Source: Alphaproteobacteria bacterium
Lineage (GTDB): Bacteria; Pseudomonadota; Alphaproteobacteria; UBA828
Length of the DNA: 64,000 bases
NCBI GenBank assembly: GCA_963667785.2
Contig: CAXXMU010000002.1
Location: forward strand, 704,001 to 768,000
Reading direction: 5' to 3'
Position numbers and translations under genes: made by a program. Of this stretch, positions 54,408 to 63,696 are shown piece by piece (position 1 is the stretch's first letter; each line of letters begins with the position of its first letter). The notes under the pieces were generated by a model. It saw only the letters and a list, made by a program, of their open reading frames with translations. It had not been told where the DNA came from and did no database searches.

Positions 54408-56237
54408 ATGGACCCGATCACCTTCTCGATCATCCGCCACCGGCTGTTCCGCGTCATCGACGAGGCCGTGATCACGCTGAAGCACGTCTCCGGCAGCGCG
54501 ATCACCAACGAGGGCCACGATCTCATGGTCTCGCTCTACCGCGCCGATGGCTCCCTGCTCATGGGCGGCGTGGGCTTCCTACACCATCTCACCAGCGCGG
54601 CGGAGGCCTGCAAGGCGGTCATCCGCCGCTTCGAGGGCGACATCGGCGAGGGCGACGTGTTCCTCACCAACTGCCCCTACACCGCCGCGCTGCACACCTC
54701 CGACATCTACCTGGTGGCGCCGATCCACTACGACGGCCGGCTGGTCGCGTGGAGCGCCTGCTTCGTCCACGTCTACGACATCGGCGCCATGGTGCCCGGC
54801 GGCTTCAGCCCGGATTCGCGCGACATCTTCACCGAGGGCTTCTCATCGCCCGGCATCAAGCTGGTGGAAGGCGGCACCATGCGCCGCGACGTGATGGACA
54901 CGCTGCTCAACATGGTGCGCGCGCCGGAGATGGTGGCGCTCGACCTCTCCTCGATGATCGCGGCCAACAACGTGGCGCGGGAGCGGATGGTGGCGCTAAT
55001 CGAGAAGTACGGCGCAGACCCCGTGGACGAGGCCTGCGCGGCGCTGGTCGACCAGTCGGAGACGCTCTTCCGCAAGCGGCTGCGGGAGCTGCCGGATGGC
55101 CGCTGGGAGGCACGGCAGTACTTCGACATCGAGGACGAGACCTGCCGGGTGCTGCTCGCCATGACCAAGGAGGGCGACGAGCTCACCTTCGATTTCACCG
55201 GCTCCAGCCCGCAGTCGCACTACGGCATCAACTGCACCTACTGGGCCTCGTGGGGCGGCTTCTTCGCCCCCCTCTTCCCGCTGCTCTGCTACGACATCAC
55301 CTGGAACGACGGCGTGCTCAGGCCGATCAGGATGATCGCGCCGGAGGGCTCGGTAGTGAACTGCACGCGGCCTGCGCCGGTCTCGCTCGCCACCGTGGGC
55401 GCGATCCAGTCGGTCAACAACGCCGCCTGCACCTGCATCGCCAAGATGCTGTCCGCGAGTGAGACCTACGCGAAGGAGGCCACGGCCGTCTGGCACGGCA
55501 GCCACTTCGCCATCTTCATGTTCGGCCTCAACCAGCGCCGCCAGGAGGCCATCGGCATCCTGACCGAGACCTTCGGCGGTGCGGGCGGGGCCCGCACCTG
55601 GGCCGACGGCATCGACGTCGGCGGCGAGATCCCGAACCCCATCGGCCGCATGGCCAATGTCGAGACCACCGAGGCGACCTTCCCGGTGCGCTACCTCTTC
55701 CGCCGGGCGCGCCCGGACACCGGCGGGCCGGGGCGCTGGCGCGGCGGCAACGGGATCGAGTTCGCCCTGGTGCAGCACGATTCACCCGAGGGCGGCATCA
55801 ACTACGTGGTCTCGGGCAAGGGCACCGAGTTCTCGATGAGCGAAGGACTGGGCGGCGGCTATGCCGGCGCGCCCTGCGCCTACCGCTGGGTGCACAACAA
55901 CCGCGCCAAAGAGGCCGGGCGCAACGTCAACCCCTTCCCCACCTCCCTCGACGAGATGACCGGCGAGGCGGAGACGATCTCCTGGGGCGTGTTCCCGCTC
56001 AAGGGCGACGACGCGCTCTACGTCCGCTCCGACGGCGGCGGCGGCTTCGGCGACCCGCTGGAGCGGGAGCCCGCGCGGGTGCAGGCCGACGTCCAGGCCG
56101 GCGCGGTCTCGGCGGAAGTGGCGGCCCGGGTCTACGGCGTGGTGACGGCGGCCGGCGGGGTGGACGAGGACGCGACACAGGCCCGCCGCGAGGCGCTCCG
56201 CCAAGCCCGGCTCGCGACGCCTGTGGCAGCCGAATGA
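54408..56237 (+). CDS. Hydantoinase/oxoprolinase B subunit (HyuB-like)
   Basis: MDPITFSII, GDVFLTNCPY...HTSD, HVYDIG, EG, DFTGSSPQ, GPGRWRGG and GGGGFGDPLER motifs. Confidence 0.92.
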   Translation: MDPITFSIIRHRLFRVIDEAVITLKHVSGSAITNEGHDLMVSLYRADGSLLMGGVGFLHHLTSAAEACKAVIRRFEGDIGEGDVFLTNCPYTAALHTSDIYLVAPIHYDGRLVAWSACFVHVYDIGAMVPGGFSPDSRDIFTEGFSSPGIKLVEGGTMRRDVMDTLLNMVRAPEMVALDLSSMIAANNVARERMVALIEKYGADPVDEACAALVDQSETLFRKRLRELPDGRWEARQYFDIEDETCRVLLAMTKEGDELTFDFTGSSPQSHYGINCTYWASWGGFFAPLFPLLCYDITWNDGVLRPIRMIAPEGSVVNCTRPAPVSLATVGAIQSVNNAACTCIAKMLSASETYAKEATAVWHGSHFAIFMFGLNQRRQEAIGILTETFGGAGGARTWADGIDVGGEIPNPIGRMANVETTEATFPVRYLFRRARPDTGGPGRWRGGNGIEFALVQHDSPEGGINYVVSGKGTEFSMSEGLGGGYAGAPCAYRWVHNNRAKEAGRNVNPFPTSLDEMTGEAETISWGVFPLKGDDALYVRSDGGGGFGDPLEREPARVQADVQAGAVSAEVAARVYGVVTAAGGVDEDATQARREALRQARLATPVAAE

Positions 56238-56509
56238 GCGCGACCCGCATCTCGGCCACCCTCGCGGTGAACGAGGACCGCACCATCGCATGCCTGGCGT
56301 GCGGCCATGCGCTGGGCCCTGCCGGCGCGCCCTGGAAGGAACACGCCCGGCTCGACGAGCAGCCCATGCAGGGCGCCGGCGGCGCGCCCTACAGCAACGC
56401 CGAGCGGGTCCTGCTGCGGCGCTTCTACTGCCCCGGCTGCAGCGCCCTGCTGGATACCGAATCGGCGCTCGCGGGCGATCCCTTCCTCACCGACATCGTG
56501 CGGGTGTAG
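56234..56509 (+). CDS. Acetone carboxylase gamma subunit-like Zn-binding protein
   Basis: CLACGH...WK and RFYCPGCSALLDTE motifs; ATGA overlap with the B subunit. Confidence 0.8.
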   Translation: MSATRISATLAVNEDRTIACLACGHALGPAGAPWKEHARLDEQPMQGAGGAPYSNAERVLLRRFYCPGCSALLDTESALAGDPFLTDIVRV

Positions 56510-56520
56510 AGGGCCATCCC

Positions 56521-57210
56521 GTGCACGATATCGCCATCCGCCCGGAGATCGTCGAGCGGGTCGTGAAGCGGCGCGGGCGGATGCGCCTCTTCGAGCGGCT
56601 CGATCCGGCGCGTTGCGCGGCAGTCTACATCGACATGCAGGTGACCTTCCTCGCGCCGGGCGCGCCGGTGGAGGTGCCGATGGCACGCGCCGTCGTGCCC
56701 CGGATCAACGCTCTCAACGCGCGGCTCAGGGCGCTCGGCGTGGCCGTCTTCTGGGTCGCCCACGCCAACGCGTGCCGCGACGACGGCGCCTCCGACTGGC
56801 CCGGCTTCTTCGACCATTTCGTCGCCGACGAGGCGCGCGCCCGCACTATTGCGGGTCTTGCGCCGGGTGCCGACGGCCAGAAACTCTGGCCCGCGCTGGA
56901 GGTCGCGGACGAGGACACCCTCCTCTTCAAGAACCGCTACAGCGCGCTGATCGCCGGGTCCTCGCCGCTCGAGGGGATGTTGCGCGAGCGCGGCATAGAC
57001 ACGCTGCTCATCGGCGGCACCAAGACCGACGTCTGCTGCGAATCGACGGCGCGGGACGCGATGATGCTCGACTTCAAGACCGTGATGATCGCCGACTGCT
57101 GCGCAGCGCTTACCGACGAGGAGCACCGCGACGCGCTGGAGACCGTCATCCAGCAGTTCGGCGACGTGATGAGCGCCGACGAGGCCCTCGCGGCGCTGGG
57201 GGGCGGCTAG
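56521..57210 (+). CDS. Isochorismatase-family cysteine hydrolase (N-carbamoyl/ureido amidohydrolase-like)
   Basis: Asp-Lys-Cys triad motifs IDMQ, KNRYSA and DVCCESTARDA; GTG start. Confidence 0.9.
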   Translation: MHDIAIRPEIVERVVKRRGRMRLFERLDPARCAAVYIDMQVTFLAPGAPVEVPMARAVVPRINALNARLRALGVAVFWVAHANACRDDGASDWPGFFDHFVADEARARTIAGLAPGADGQKLWPALEVADEDTLLFKNRYSALIAGSSPLEGMLRERGIDTLLIGGTKTDVCCESTARDAMMLDFKTVMIADCCAALTDEEHRDALETVIQQFGDVMSADEALAALGGG

Positions 57211-57252
57211 GCTTCCCTCCCCGCTTTCGCCCTTTGGCCGCGCCGCCCTTCC

Positions 57253-58110
57253 CTACGACGCAGGCACCTGGCGCCTGAGGACGGCGATGAAGATCAGCGC
57301 GGTCCCGAACATGAGGATGCTGTAGGTCGCCGCCGGCACGGTGGCGAGGCCGCCGCCGAAGACGAGCGTCGCCACGGCGATGGCCAGCGTACCGTTCTGG
57401 ATGCCGCATTCGATGGCGATGGTGACACGCTGGCGGGGGCCGGAGGCGAAGAGACGCGCCAGGAGATAAGCGATTGCCATCATCACGACGTTGAGCACCA
57501 CCGTCACCGGTCCCGCCTGGTCCAGGTAGTCCAACGCGTTCTCGTGCTCCTGGTAGATGGCGCCCGCGAGCACCAGGGCGAAGAGCAGCGCGGAGAGACG
57601 GTGCGCCGTCGCCAGGAAGCGCGTGGCGAAGCCCTCGGCCCAGCGTCGCACCGCGAGCCCGATCAGCGCCGGCAGGGTGACGATCAGGAAGACGCTCAGC
57701 GCCGTCTCGAGAACAGAGACCTCGCCCGCATCGCCGCCCATGAAGCGCTCGTGCGCGAACACCACGATGAGCGGGATGGTGATGACGGAGAGCAGGCTGA
57801 TGACGGCCGTCAGCGAGATGGACAGCGCCACGTCGCCGCGCCCGAAGGCGGCCAGCAGGTTCGAGGTCACCCCGCCGGGCGCCGCGGCGATGATCATGAC
57901 GCCGAGCGCGAGCTCCGGCGGAAGCGACCACAGGCTGACCAGGCCGTAGGCCACGGCCGGCAGCAGCACCACTTGCGACACGGCGCCCACGAGGAAGTCG
58001 CGCGGCCGCTTCGCGACCCGGACGAAGTCGCTGACGGTGAGTCCCAGCCCGAGCGAGAACATGATGATCGCAAGGGCGATCGGGAGGACGATGTCTGTCA
58101 CGATTCCCAT
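57253..58110 (-). CDS. Bile acid:sodium symporter (BASS) family transporter
   Basis: MFSLGLGL, PGGVTSN, GDVALS and ECGIQNG motifs. Confidence 0.92.
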   Translation of the reverse strand: MGIVTDIVLPIALAIIMFSLGLGLTVSDFVRVAKRPRDFLVGAVSQVVLLPAVAYGLVSLWSLPPELALGVMIIAAAPGGVTSNLLAAFGRGDVALSISLTAVISLLSVITIPLIVVFAHERFMGGDAGEVSVLETALSVFLIVTLPALIGLAVRRWAEGFATRFLATAHRLSALLFALVLAGAIYQEHENALDYLDQAGPVTVVLNVVMMAIAYLLARLFASGPRQRVTIAIECGIQNGTLAIAVATLVFGGGLATVPAATYSILMFGTALIFIAVLRRQVPAS

Positions 58111-58356
58111 GGCCGCTTCCCTGTCACTGGCGGCATCGAATCGGTATCGCGGAATCGTGCATCAGCCGATGACGCGCTTCAAGAACTCCTTCCGCGTCCC
58201 TGGCCGCGCCTGCCCCCCTTGCCGCAGCGAGCGAGAGCGCGCCGCCCCTCTGCATGCCCGATTGGGCGGCCTGCCCGTTGCTGCTAACATGCGGCGCGGA
58301 CTGGCGAAATCGATCATCGGCGGTCCCTTTGCGCGGGGGCAAGCGGGAGGTCTCGG

Positions 58357-59148
58357 GTGGCGCTGACCACGCTGAAGGAGATGGCGGCGACGCGGCGGGC
58401 CAAGTTCGGCACCGTCCTGATCGAGCTCGCCTCCCCCGGCATCGGCCACATCCTCAAGGCCGCCGGCGCTCAATTCGTGTTCCTCGACATGGAGCACTCC
58501 GGCTTCGGCTTCGACACGGTGAAGCAGCTCCTGCGCTACATGGAGGCGGCCGAGCTGCCGGCGTTCGTGCGCGTGCCCTCGCGTCACTACCACCACATCG
58601 CCCGTGCGCTCGACATGGGGGCCGAAGGGATCATGACGCCGATGGCGGGCACGGCGGAGGAAGCCCGGCGAATCGCGGCGCACGCCAAGTATCCGCCGCT
58701 GGGCAATCGCGGCGTCGCCCTCGGCATCGCCCACGACCGCTACGCGCCGGGCGCGCCGGTCACCAAGATGCGCGCCGCCAATCGCCATGTCGCGGTGTTC
58801 CTCCTGATCGAGACCCGCCAGGGCCTCGAGAATGTGGAGGAGATCGCCGACACGGACGGGATCGACGGTCTCTGGATCGGCCACTTCGACCTCAGCACCT
58901 CCCTCGGCATCCCCGGCCGCTTCGATCATCCCGATTTCCTGGCCGCTGTGGACCGGGTCGCGCGCGCCTGCGTCAGGCACAAGAAATCCTTCGGCTGTCT
59001 CGTGCTCGATGTCGAGGGCGGCATCGCCGCCTATCACCAGGGCTTCGACATGATCTGCTACTCCGCCGACGTCTGGCTCCTGCGGGAGACGCTCAGCCGC
59101 GGCATCGGCGACCTGAAGGCTGCGCTCGCCGGCCGCCAGCGGCGTTAG
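58357..59148 (+). CDS. HpcH/HpaI class II pyruvate aldolase family protein, copy 1
   Basis: LDMEHS, VRVP, LDMGA, YPPLGNRG, IET and IGHFDLS motifs; GGGAGG RBS. Confidence 0.9.
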   Translation: MALTTLKEMAATRRAKFGTVLIELASPGIGHILKAAGAQFVFLDMEHSGFGFDTVKQLLRYMEAAELPAFVRVPSRHYHHIARALDMGAEGIMTPMAGTAEEARRIAAHAKYPPLGNRGVALGIAHDRYAPGAPVTKMRAANRHVAVFLLIETRQGLENVEEIADTDGIDGLWIGHFDLSTSLGIPGRFDHPDFLAAVDRVARACVRHKKSFGCLVLDVEGGIAAYHQGFDMICYSADVWLLRETLSRGIGDLKAALAGRQRR

Positions 59149-59157
59149 GGGCAGGCG

Positions 59158-59964
59158 ATGCCGAGCACCGCTCTGCGCGCGATGATGGGCACGAAGAAGC
59201 CCAAGTTCGGCTCCTTCGTGATCGAGTTCGACAGCCCCGGCATGGGTCAGACGCTCAAGGCCGCCGGCTGCCAGTACGCGCTGCTCGACATGGAGCATTC
59301 CGGCTTCGGCTACGACCAGCTCAAGCGCATGCTGCGCTTCTACCAGGCGGCCGACCTGCCGGTGATCGTCTCCACCGTCGGCGGCGACTACGACATGGTG
59401 GCGCGCGCGCTGGACATGGGGGCGGACGGCATCCAGCCGGCCAAGGTCGGCAGCGCCGAGGAGGCGCGCGCCATTCTCGATCACGTCCGCTATGCGCCGA
59501 AGGGCGCGCGCGGCGTCGCCGTCGGCATCGCCCACGACCGCTACGTTCCCGGTCCGCCGGCGCCGAAGCTCCGCGCCGCCAACCGCGACGTGGTGTTCTT
59601 CCCCAAGATCGAGACGCCCGAGGGCATCGAGGAGGTCGAGGCCATCGCCGCGCTCGACGGCGTGGACGGCATCTGGATCGGCCATTTCGACCTCTCGGTC
59701 GCCATGGGGATCCCGGCCCGCTTCGACCACCCGCGATTCCAGGCGGCGATGGAGCGGGCGAGCGCCGCCTGCAGGCGGCACGGAAAGTCACTCGGCCGCA
59801 TCTGCGACGACACCGAAACCGGGGTGGCGCTGCATGACATGGGCTTCGACTTCCTATGCTATTCTGGGGACAGTTGGCTGGTGCAGCGGGGCCTCGCGGA
59901 GAGCATCGCCGCGCTGCGCAAGGCCTGCCGCGGCCCGCGCTCAGGCGCGGCGGCGAACAACTGA
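59158..59964 (+). CDS. HpcH/HpaI aldolase family protein, copy 2 (divergent active site)
   Basis: LDMEHS, YAPKGARG, KIET and IGHFDLS motifs; lacks the VR Arg. Confidence 0.88.
   Translation: MPSTALRAMMGTKKPKFGSFVIEFDSPGMGQTLKAAGCQYALLDMEHSGFGYDQLKRMLRFYQAADLPVIVSTVGGDYDMVARALDMGADGIQPAKVGSAEEARAILDHVRYAPKGARGVAVGIAHDRYVPGPPAPKLRAANRDVVFFPKIETPEGIEEVEAIAALDGVDGIWIGHFDLSVAMGIPARFDHPRFQAAMERASAACRRHGKSLGRICDDTETGVALHDMGFDFLCYSGDSWLVQRGLAESIAALRKACRGPRSGAAANN
59857..59865 (+). promoter_or_regulatory. Possible extended -10 promoter (TGnTATTCT) for the downstream SBP genes
   Basis: Run of AT-ending codons (CTA TGC TAT TCT) in a gene otherwise ending codons in G/C, about 150 nt upstream of 60013. 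Confidence 0.3.
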
Positions 59965-60012
59965 CTGGAGGAGGGCGCGGCGCCCGCCGCGCCGAATAAC
60001 GGGAGGCCATCC

Positions 60013-61428
60013 ATGGCAATCAGGTCGATGCGGTCAATGATCGGCGGGCTCGCCGCTCTTGCGGTGCTCGCTGGCGGGTCATCTGCCGCCTGGGCGGAGA
60101 GCGCCGCCGAGATCGCGGTGCGCGAGGCCAAGCAGTATGCCGGCACCGAGATCAACGTGTTCTGGGAAGCGGGGCTGCAGGCGCTGGGCCCGCAGAACTT
60201 CTCGGGACCGATGTGGGAGGAGCTCACCGGGATCAAGGTGAACATCATCGAAGCCCAGCATGACGAGATGTTCCCCAAGATGTTGCAGGAGCATCGGGGC
60301 GGCACCGGCGCCTATGACGTCCTGAACGTCGTTCCCGCCTGGATGGGCGACATGGTGCGCGCCGGCGCGGTCGAGCCGCTCGACGCCTACGTCGACAAGT
60401 ACGGCTATCGCGAGGAACTCGAGGACATCGGCGACGTCTACCGCGAGAACCAGATGCGGATCGGCGACACCATCTACGGCTTCCCGGATGATGGCGACGT
60501 GTTCATCCTTTACTACCGCAAGGACGTGTTCGAGGAGATGGGCCTCTCGGTGCCGACCACGTGGGACGAGTTCTACGAGGTCAGCAAGGCCATCACCGAC
60601 GCGATGGCGCCCGAGGTCTACGGTGCCGGCTTCATGCGCGCGCGCGGCCTCCTGCAGTACTTCTATCAGGAGCGGGCGCGGGTCGAGGGCTGCAAGTTCT
60701 TCGACGCCGAGAGCATGAAGGCGACGATCAACGGTCCCGGCTGCGTCAAGGCGCTCGCCGGCATGGTGAAGGACAACACGACCATGCCGCCCGGTATCGA
60801 AGCGTGGGGCTTCGTCGAGACCCTGGCCGCCTTCAACGCGGGCCAGACCGCCATGCTCCAGTCTTGGCCGCCGGTCGGCCGCTGGTCGGCGGGCTACGGC
60901 ACCGACGACATCGCCATGCAGTGGGTGCCGCCGTCGGTGGTCTCCGGCAAGGTGGGCTACGCGCTGCCGCCGGGTGGCCACCCGCAGCTCGCCGCCGGAT
61001 TCGCCATGGCGGTCTCGTCCAGCAGCAAGAACAAGGACGCGGCCTACCTCTACATCCAGTGGATCAACAGCATCGACATCAGCCACCAGCGGGTGCAGCT
61101 GCCCTACGCGCTGCGCGATCCCTTCCGCAAGTCGCACTTCTCGTCGCCGGAGTACCAGTCGCGCTGGCCGGACGCGAAGTACTATCTCGAAGCGGCTGAG
61201 AAGGGCGCGGTCTCGGGCCTGCTCGATCTCTCGATCATCAACACGTTCGCCTACATCGACGCGCTCGCGGCCGGGTTGCAGGCGGTGATGGGCGGCGGCG
61301 ATCCGCAAGAGGAGCTCGACGGCGTTGCCGCCAAGTGGGACGCGCTCACCGAGAAGGTGGGCGTCGATGCGCAGCGCGAGGCCTACATGGAATGGGCCTC
61401 TAAGCCCGCTGCCTATCCGGGCGACTGA
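60013..61428 (+). CDS. ABC transporter solute-binding protein (carbohydrate-type), copy 1
   Basis: Signal peptide ending AWA; WEELTGIKVN, YGFPDDGD, YYRKD and PTTWDE motifs. Confidence 0.9.
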   Translation: MAIRSMRSMIGGLAALAVLAGGSSAAWAESAAEIAVREAKQYAGTEINVFWEAGLQALGPQNFSGPMWEELTGIKVNIIEAQHDEMFPKMLQEHRGGTGAYDVLNVVPAWMGDMVRAGAVEPLDAYVDKYGYREELEDIGDVYRENQMRIGDTIYGFPDDGDVFILYYRKDVFEEMGLSVPTTWDEFYEVSKAITDAMAPEVYGAGFMRARGLLQYFYQERARVEGCKFFDAESMKATINGPGCVKALAGMVKDNTTMPPGIEAWGFVETLAAFNAGQTAMLQSWPPVGRWSAGYGTDDIAMQWVPPSVVSGKVGYALPPGGHPQLAAGFAMAVSSSSKNKDAAYLYIQWINSIDISHQRVQLPYALRDPFRKSHFSSPEYQSRWPDAKYYLEAAEKGAVSGLLDLSIINTFAYIDALAAGLQAVMGGGDPQEELDGVAAKWDALTEKVGVDAQREAYMEWASKPAAYPGD

Positions 61429-61439
61429 GCCCGGCTCTT

Positions 61440-61465
61440 GGGGGAGGGGCGTCGTCCCCTCCCCC
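61440..61465 (+). terminator. Stem-loop between the two SBP genes
   Basis: GGGGGAGGGG-CGTCGT-CCCCTCCCCC; the T-tail is weak, so this may be an mRNA-stabilising hairpin. Confidence 0.45.
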
Positions 61466-61507
61466 GTCGCTTTCCGGCGCCGTTGCGCCGAACGAGGGAG
61501 GTAATCA

Positions 61508-62923
61508 ATGACAATGAGATCGATGAAATCCACGATCGGCGGGCTCGCCGCGCTCGCGCTGCTCGGCGCGGGGTCAAGCGCCGCCTGGGCGGAGAGTGCC
61601 GCCGAGATCGCGGTGCGCGAGGCCAAGCAGTATGCCGGCACCGAGATCAACGTGATCTGGGAGGCCGGGCTGCAGTCGCTCGGCCCGCAGAACTTCTCCG
61701 GCCCGAAGTGGGAGGAGCTCACCGGGATCAAGGTCAACGTGATCGAATCCCAGGTCAACGAGATGTTCCCGAAGATGCTTCAGGAGCACCGGGCCGGGAC
61801 CGGCGCCTATGACGTGCTGAGCGTGGTGCCCGCCTGGATGGGCGACATGGTGCGCGCCGGCGCGGTCGAGCCGCTCGACGCCTACGTCGACAAGTACGGC
61901 TACCGTGACGAGCTCGAGGACATCGGTGACGTCTACCGCGAGAATCAGATGCGGATCGGCGACACCATCTACGGCTTCCCGGATGATGGCGACGTGCTGA
62001 TTCTCTACTACCGCAAGGACATCTTCGAGGAGATGGGCCTCTCGGTGCCGACCACGTGGGACGAGTTCTACGAGGTCAGCAAGGCCATCACCGACGCGAT
62101 GGCGCCCGAGGTCTACGGTGCCGGCTTCATGCGGGTGCGCGGTCTGCTGCACTACTTCTATCAGGAGCGGGCGCGCAACGAGGGCTGCAAGTTCTTCGAC
62201 GCCGAGACGATGAAGGCGACGGTCAACGGCCCGGGCTGCGTCGCGGCGCTCGCCGGCATGCTCAAGGACAACACGACCATGCCGCCCGGCGTGGAGCAGT
62301 GGGGCGCGATCGAATCGCTCGCCGCCTTCAACGCCGGTCAGATCGCCATGACCCAATGGTGGCCACCGGTGGGCCGCTGGTCGGCGGGCTACGGCACCGA
62401 CGACATCGCCATGCAGTGGGTGCCGCCGTCTGTTGTTGCCGGCAAGGTGGGCTATGCGCTGCCGCCGGGCGGCCATCCCCAGCTCGCCGCCGGGTTCTCC
62501 ATGGCGGTCTCGTCCGACAGCAAGAACAAGGACGCGGCCTACCTCTACATCCAGTGGATCAACAGCATCGACATCAGCCTGCAGCGGGTGCAGCTGCCCT
62601 ACACGCTGCGCGATCCCTTCCGCAAGTCGCACTTCTCGTCTCCGGAGTACCAGTCGCTCTGGCCGGATGCGAAGGAGTATCTCGATGCGCTGCAGGCGGG
62701 CGGGGTCTCGGGCCTGCTCGATCTCTCGATCATCAACACCTTCGCCTACGAGGATGCGTTGGCGATCGGGCTGCAGGCGGCGATGGGCGGTGCCGACCCG
62801 CAAGAGGAGCTCGACGGCGTAGCATCTGCCTGGGACGAGCTCACCGAGAAGGTGGGCGTCGACGCGCAGCGCGAGGCCTACATGCAGTGGTCCTCGAAGC
62901 CCGCTGCCTATCCGTTCGACTGA
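61508..62923 (+). CDS. ABC transporter solute-binding protein, copy 2 (close tandem paralog)
   Basis: Same length (471 aa) and long identical nucleotide stretches shared with copy 1. Confidence 0.9.
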   Translation: MTMRSMKSTIGGLAALALLGAGSSAAWAESAAEIAVREAKQYAGTEINVIWEAGLQSLGPQNFSGPKWEELTGIKVNVIESQVNEMFPKMLQEHRAGTGAYDVLSVVPAWMGDMVRAGAVEPLDAYVDKYGYRDELEDIGDVYRENQMRIGDTIYGFPDDGDVLILYYRKDIFEEMGLSVPTTWDEFYEVSKAITDAMAPEVYGAGFMRVRGLLHYFYQERARNEGCKFFDAETMKATVNGPGCVAALAGMLKDNTTMPPGVEQWGAIESLAAFNAGQIAMTQWWPPVGRWSAGYGTDDIAMQWVPPSVVAGKVGYALPPGGHPQLAAGFSMAVSSDSKNKDAAYLYIQWINSIDISLQRVQLPYTLRDPFRKSHFSSPEYQSLWPDAKEYLDALQAGGVSGLLDLSIINTFAYEDALAIGLQAAMGGADPQEELDGVASAWDELTEKVGVDAQREAYMQWSSKPAAYPFD

Positions 62924-62933
62924 TCCGGTACTC

Positions 62934-62960
62934 GGAGGGGGCGCGTCCCGCGTCCCCTCC
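62934..62960. terminator. Stem-loop between convergent genes
   Basis: GGAGGGGGCGCG-TCC-CGCGTCCCCTCC. Confidence 0.45.
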
Positions 62961-62983
62961 CCCTCTTCCCTCTGTCGTCGGCC

Positions 62984-63346
62984 TCAGCCGACCGGCGTGC
63001 GCTTCTTCAGCTCGACCGGCTGGCCGTGCGGCGTCTGGATGGTCGCCTCGGTCCAGTCGCGCCTGAGGCCGGCGAGCGCGGCCTCCGAACCCAGCCCCTT
63101 GTCGATCACGAGCTTCTCCAGCGCCCGCAGCCAGTGCTCGTAGTAGCGATCGCCCAGGTCGGGATCGCCGCTCCGCTTCGCCGCCGCTATCTCCGCTGAG
63201 AGGTAGTCCACCCACTCCGACCAGGTGAACACGCCCGACTCCGACAGCGTGACCGCCATGGCGAAGGCGGTCGCCTGCCACGGCTCCTTGAAGACCGGCC
63301 CGTCCTCGGCTTCCCAGGGAAGCTTCGGCAGGTCCTCAGCGCTCAT
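62984..63346 (-). CDS. Nitrile hydratase accessory/activator protein (beta-N-like)
   Basis: GPVFKEPWQATAFAM, GVFTWSEW and YYEHWLRALEKL motifs; ATGA overlap. Confidence 0.9.
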   Translation of the reverse strand: MSAEDLPKLPWEAEDGPVFKEPWQATAFAMAVTLSESGVFTWSEWVDYLSAEIAAAKRSGDPDLGDRYYEHWLRALEKLVIDKGLGSEAALAGLRRDWTEATIQTPHGQPVELKKRTPVG

Positions 63347-63696
63347 GCACTGTCAAGATAGTCGTCGAAGAGATCGATGTAGACGCAGGCGTTCGCATTG
63401 GCATCGGCGCCCCAGAGCTCGCTCCCCTCGAAGCGCACGCTGTAGACGTGCTGGGGGTCGCTGTGGGTGCCCGATACGGCGGAGGTGTCCGGGAACGAGA
63501 AGACGCCGTGATCGCGCGTGATCCGTCCGGTCCTGCCGCGGATGTAGCGCGGCAGCCGCGTATGGGACACGGGGTTGATGTCGCGGGCCGTGACCGTGTC
63601 GCCGACCTTGAACCTCGGAGCGACGTCCGCGTCCATGCGGCACGACGCGCCGCCGGCCACCAGGCCCGGGACCATCTCAGGCGTCAGAGTTGGCAT
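63343..63696 (-). CDS. Nitrile hydratase beta subunit, C-terminal (SH3-like) half as a separate gene
   Basis: PRFKVGDTV...HTRLPRYIRGRTG...YSVRF...ELWG...DLFDDYL; own ATG in a TGATG overlap with AGGAG upstream; 117 aa. Confidence 0.85.
   Translation of the reverse strand: MPTLTPEMVPGLVAGGASCRMDADVAPRFKVGDTVTARDINPVSHTRLPRYIRGRTGRITRDHGVFSFPDTSAVSGTHSDPQHVYSVRFEGSELWGADANANACVYIDLFDDYLDSA

Noticed and set aside
41773-56237. Apparent large or fused proteins in the ORF track (1096, 581, 907 and 1039 aa)
   Set aside because: N-terminal extensions overlap other genes. Real starts are 43968, 46082, 47953 and 54408, supported by RBS, stop-start overlaps or where family motifs begin.
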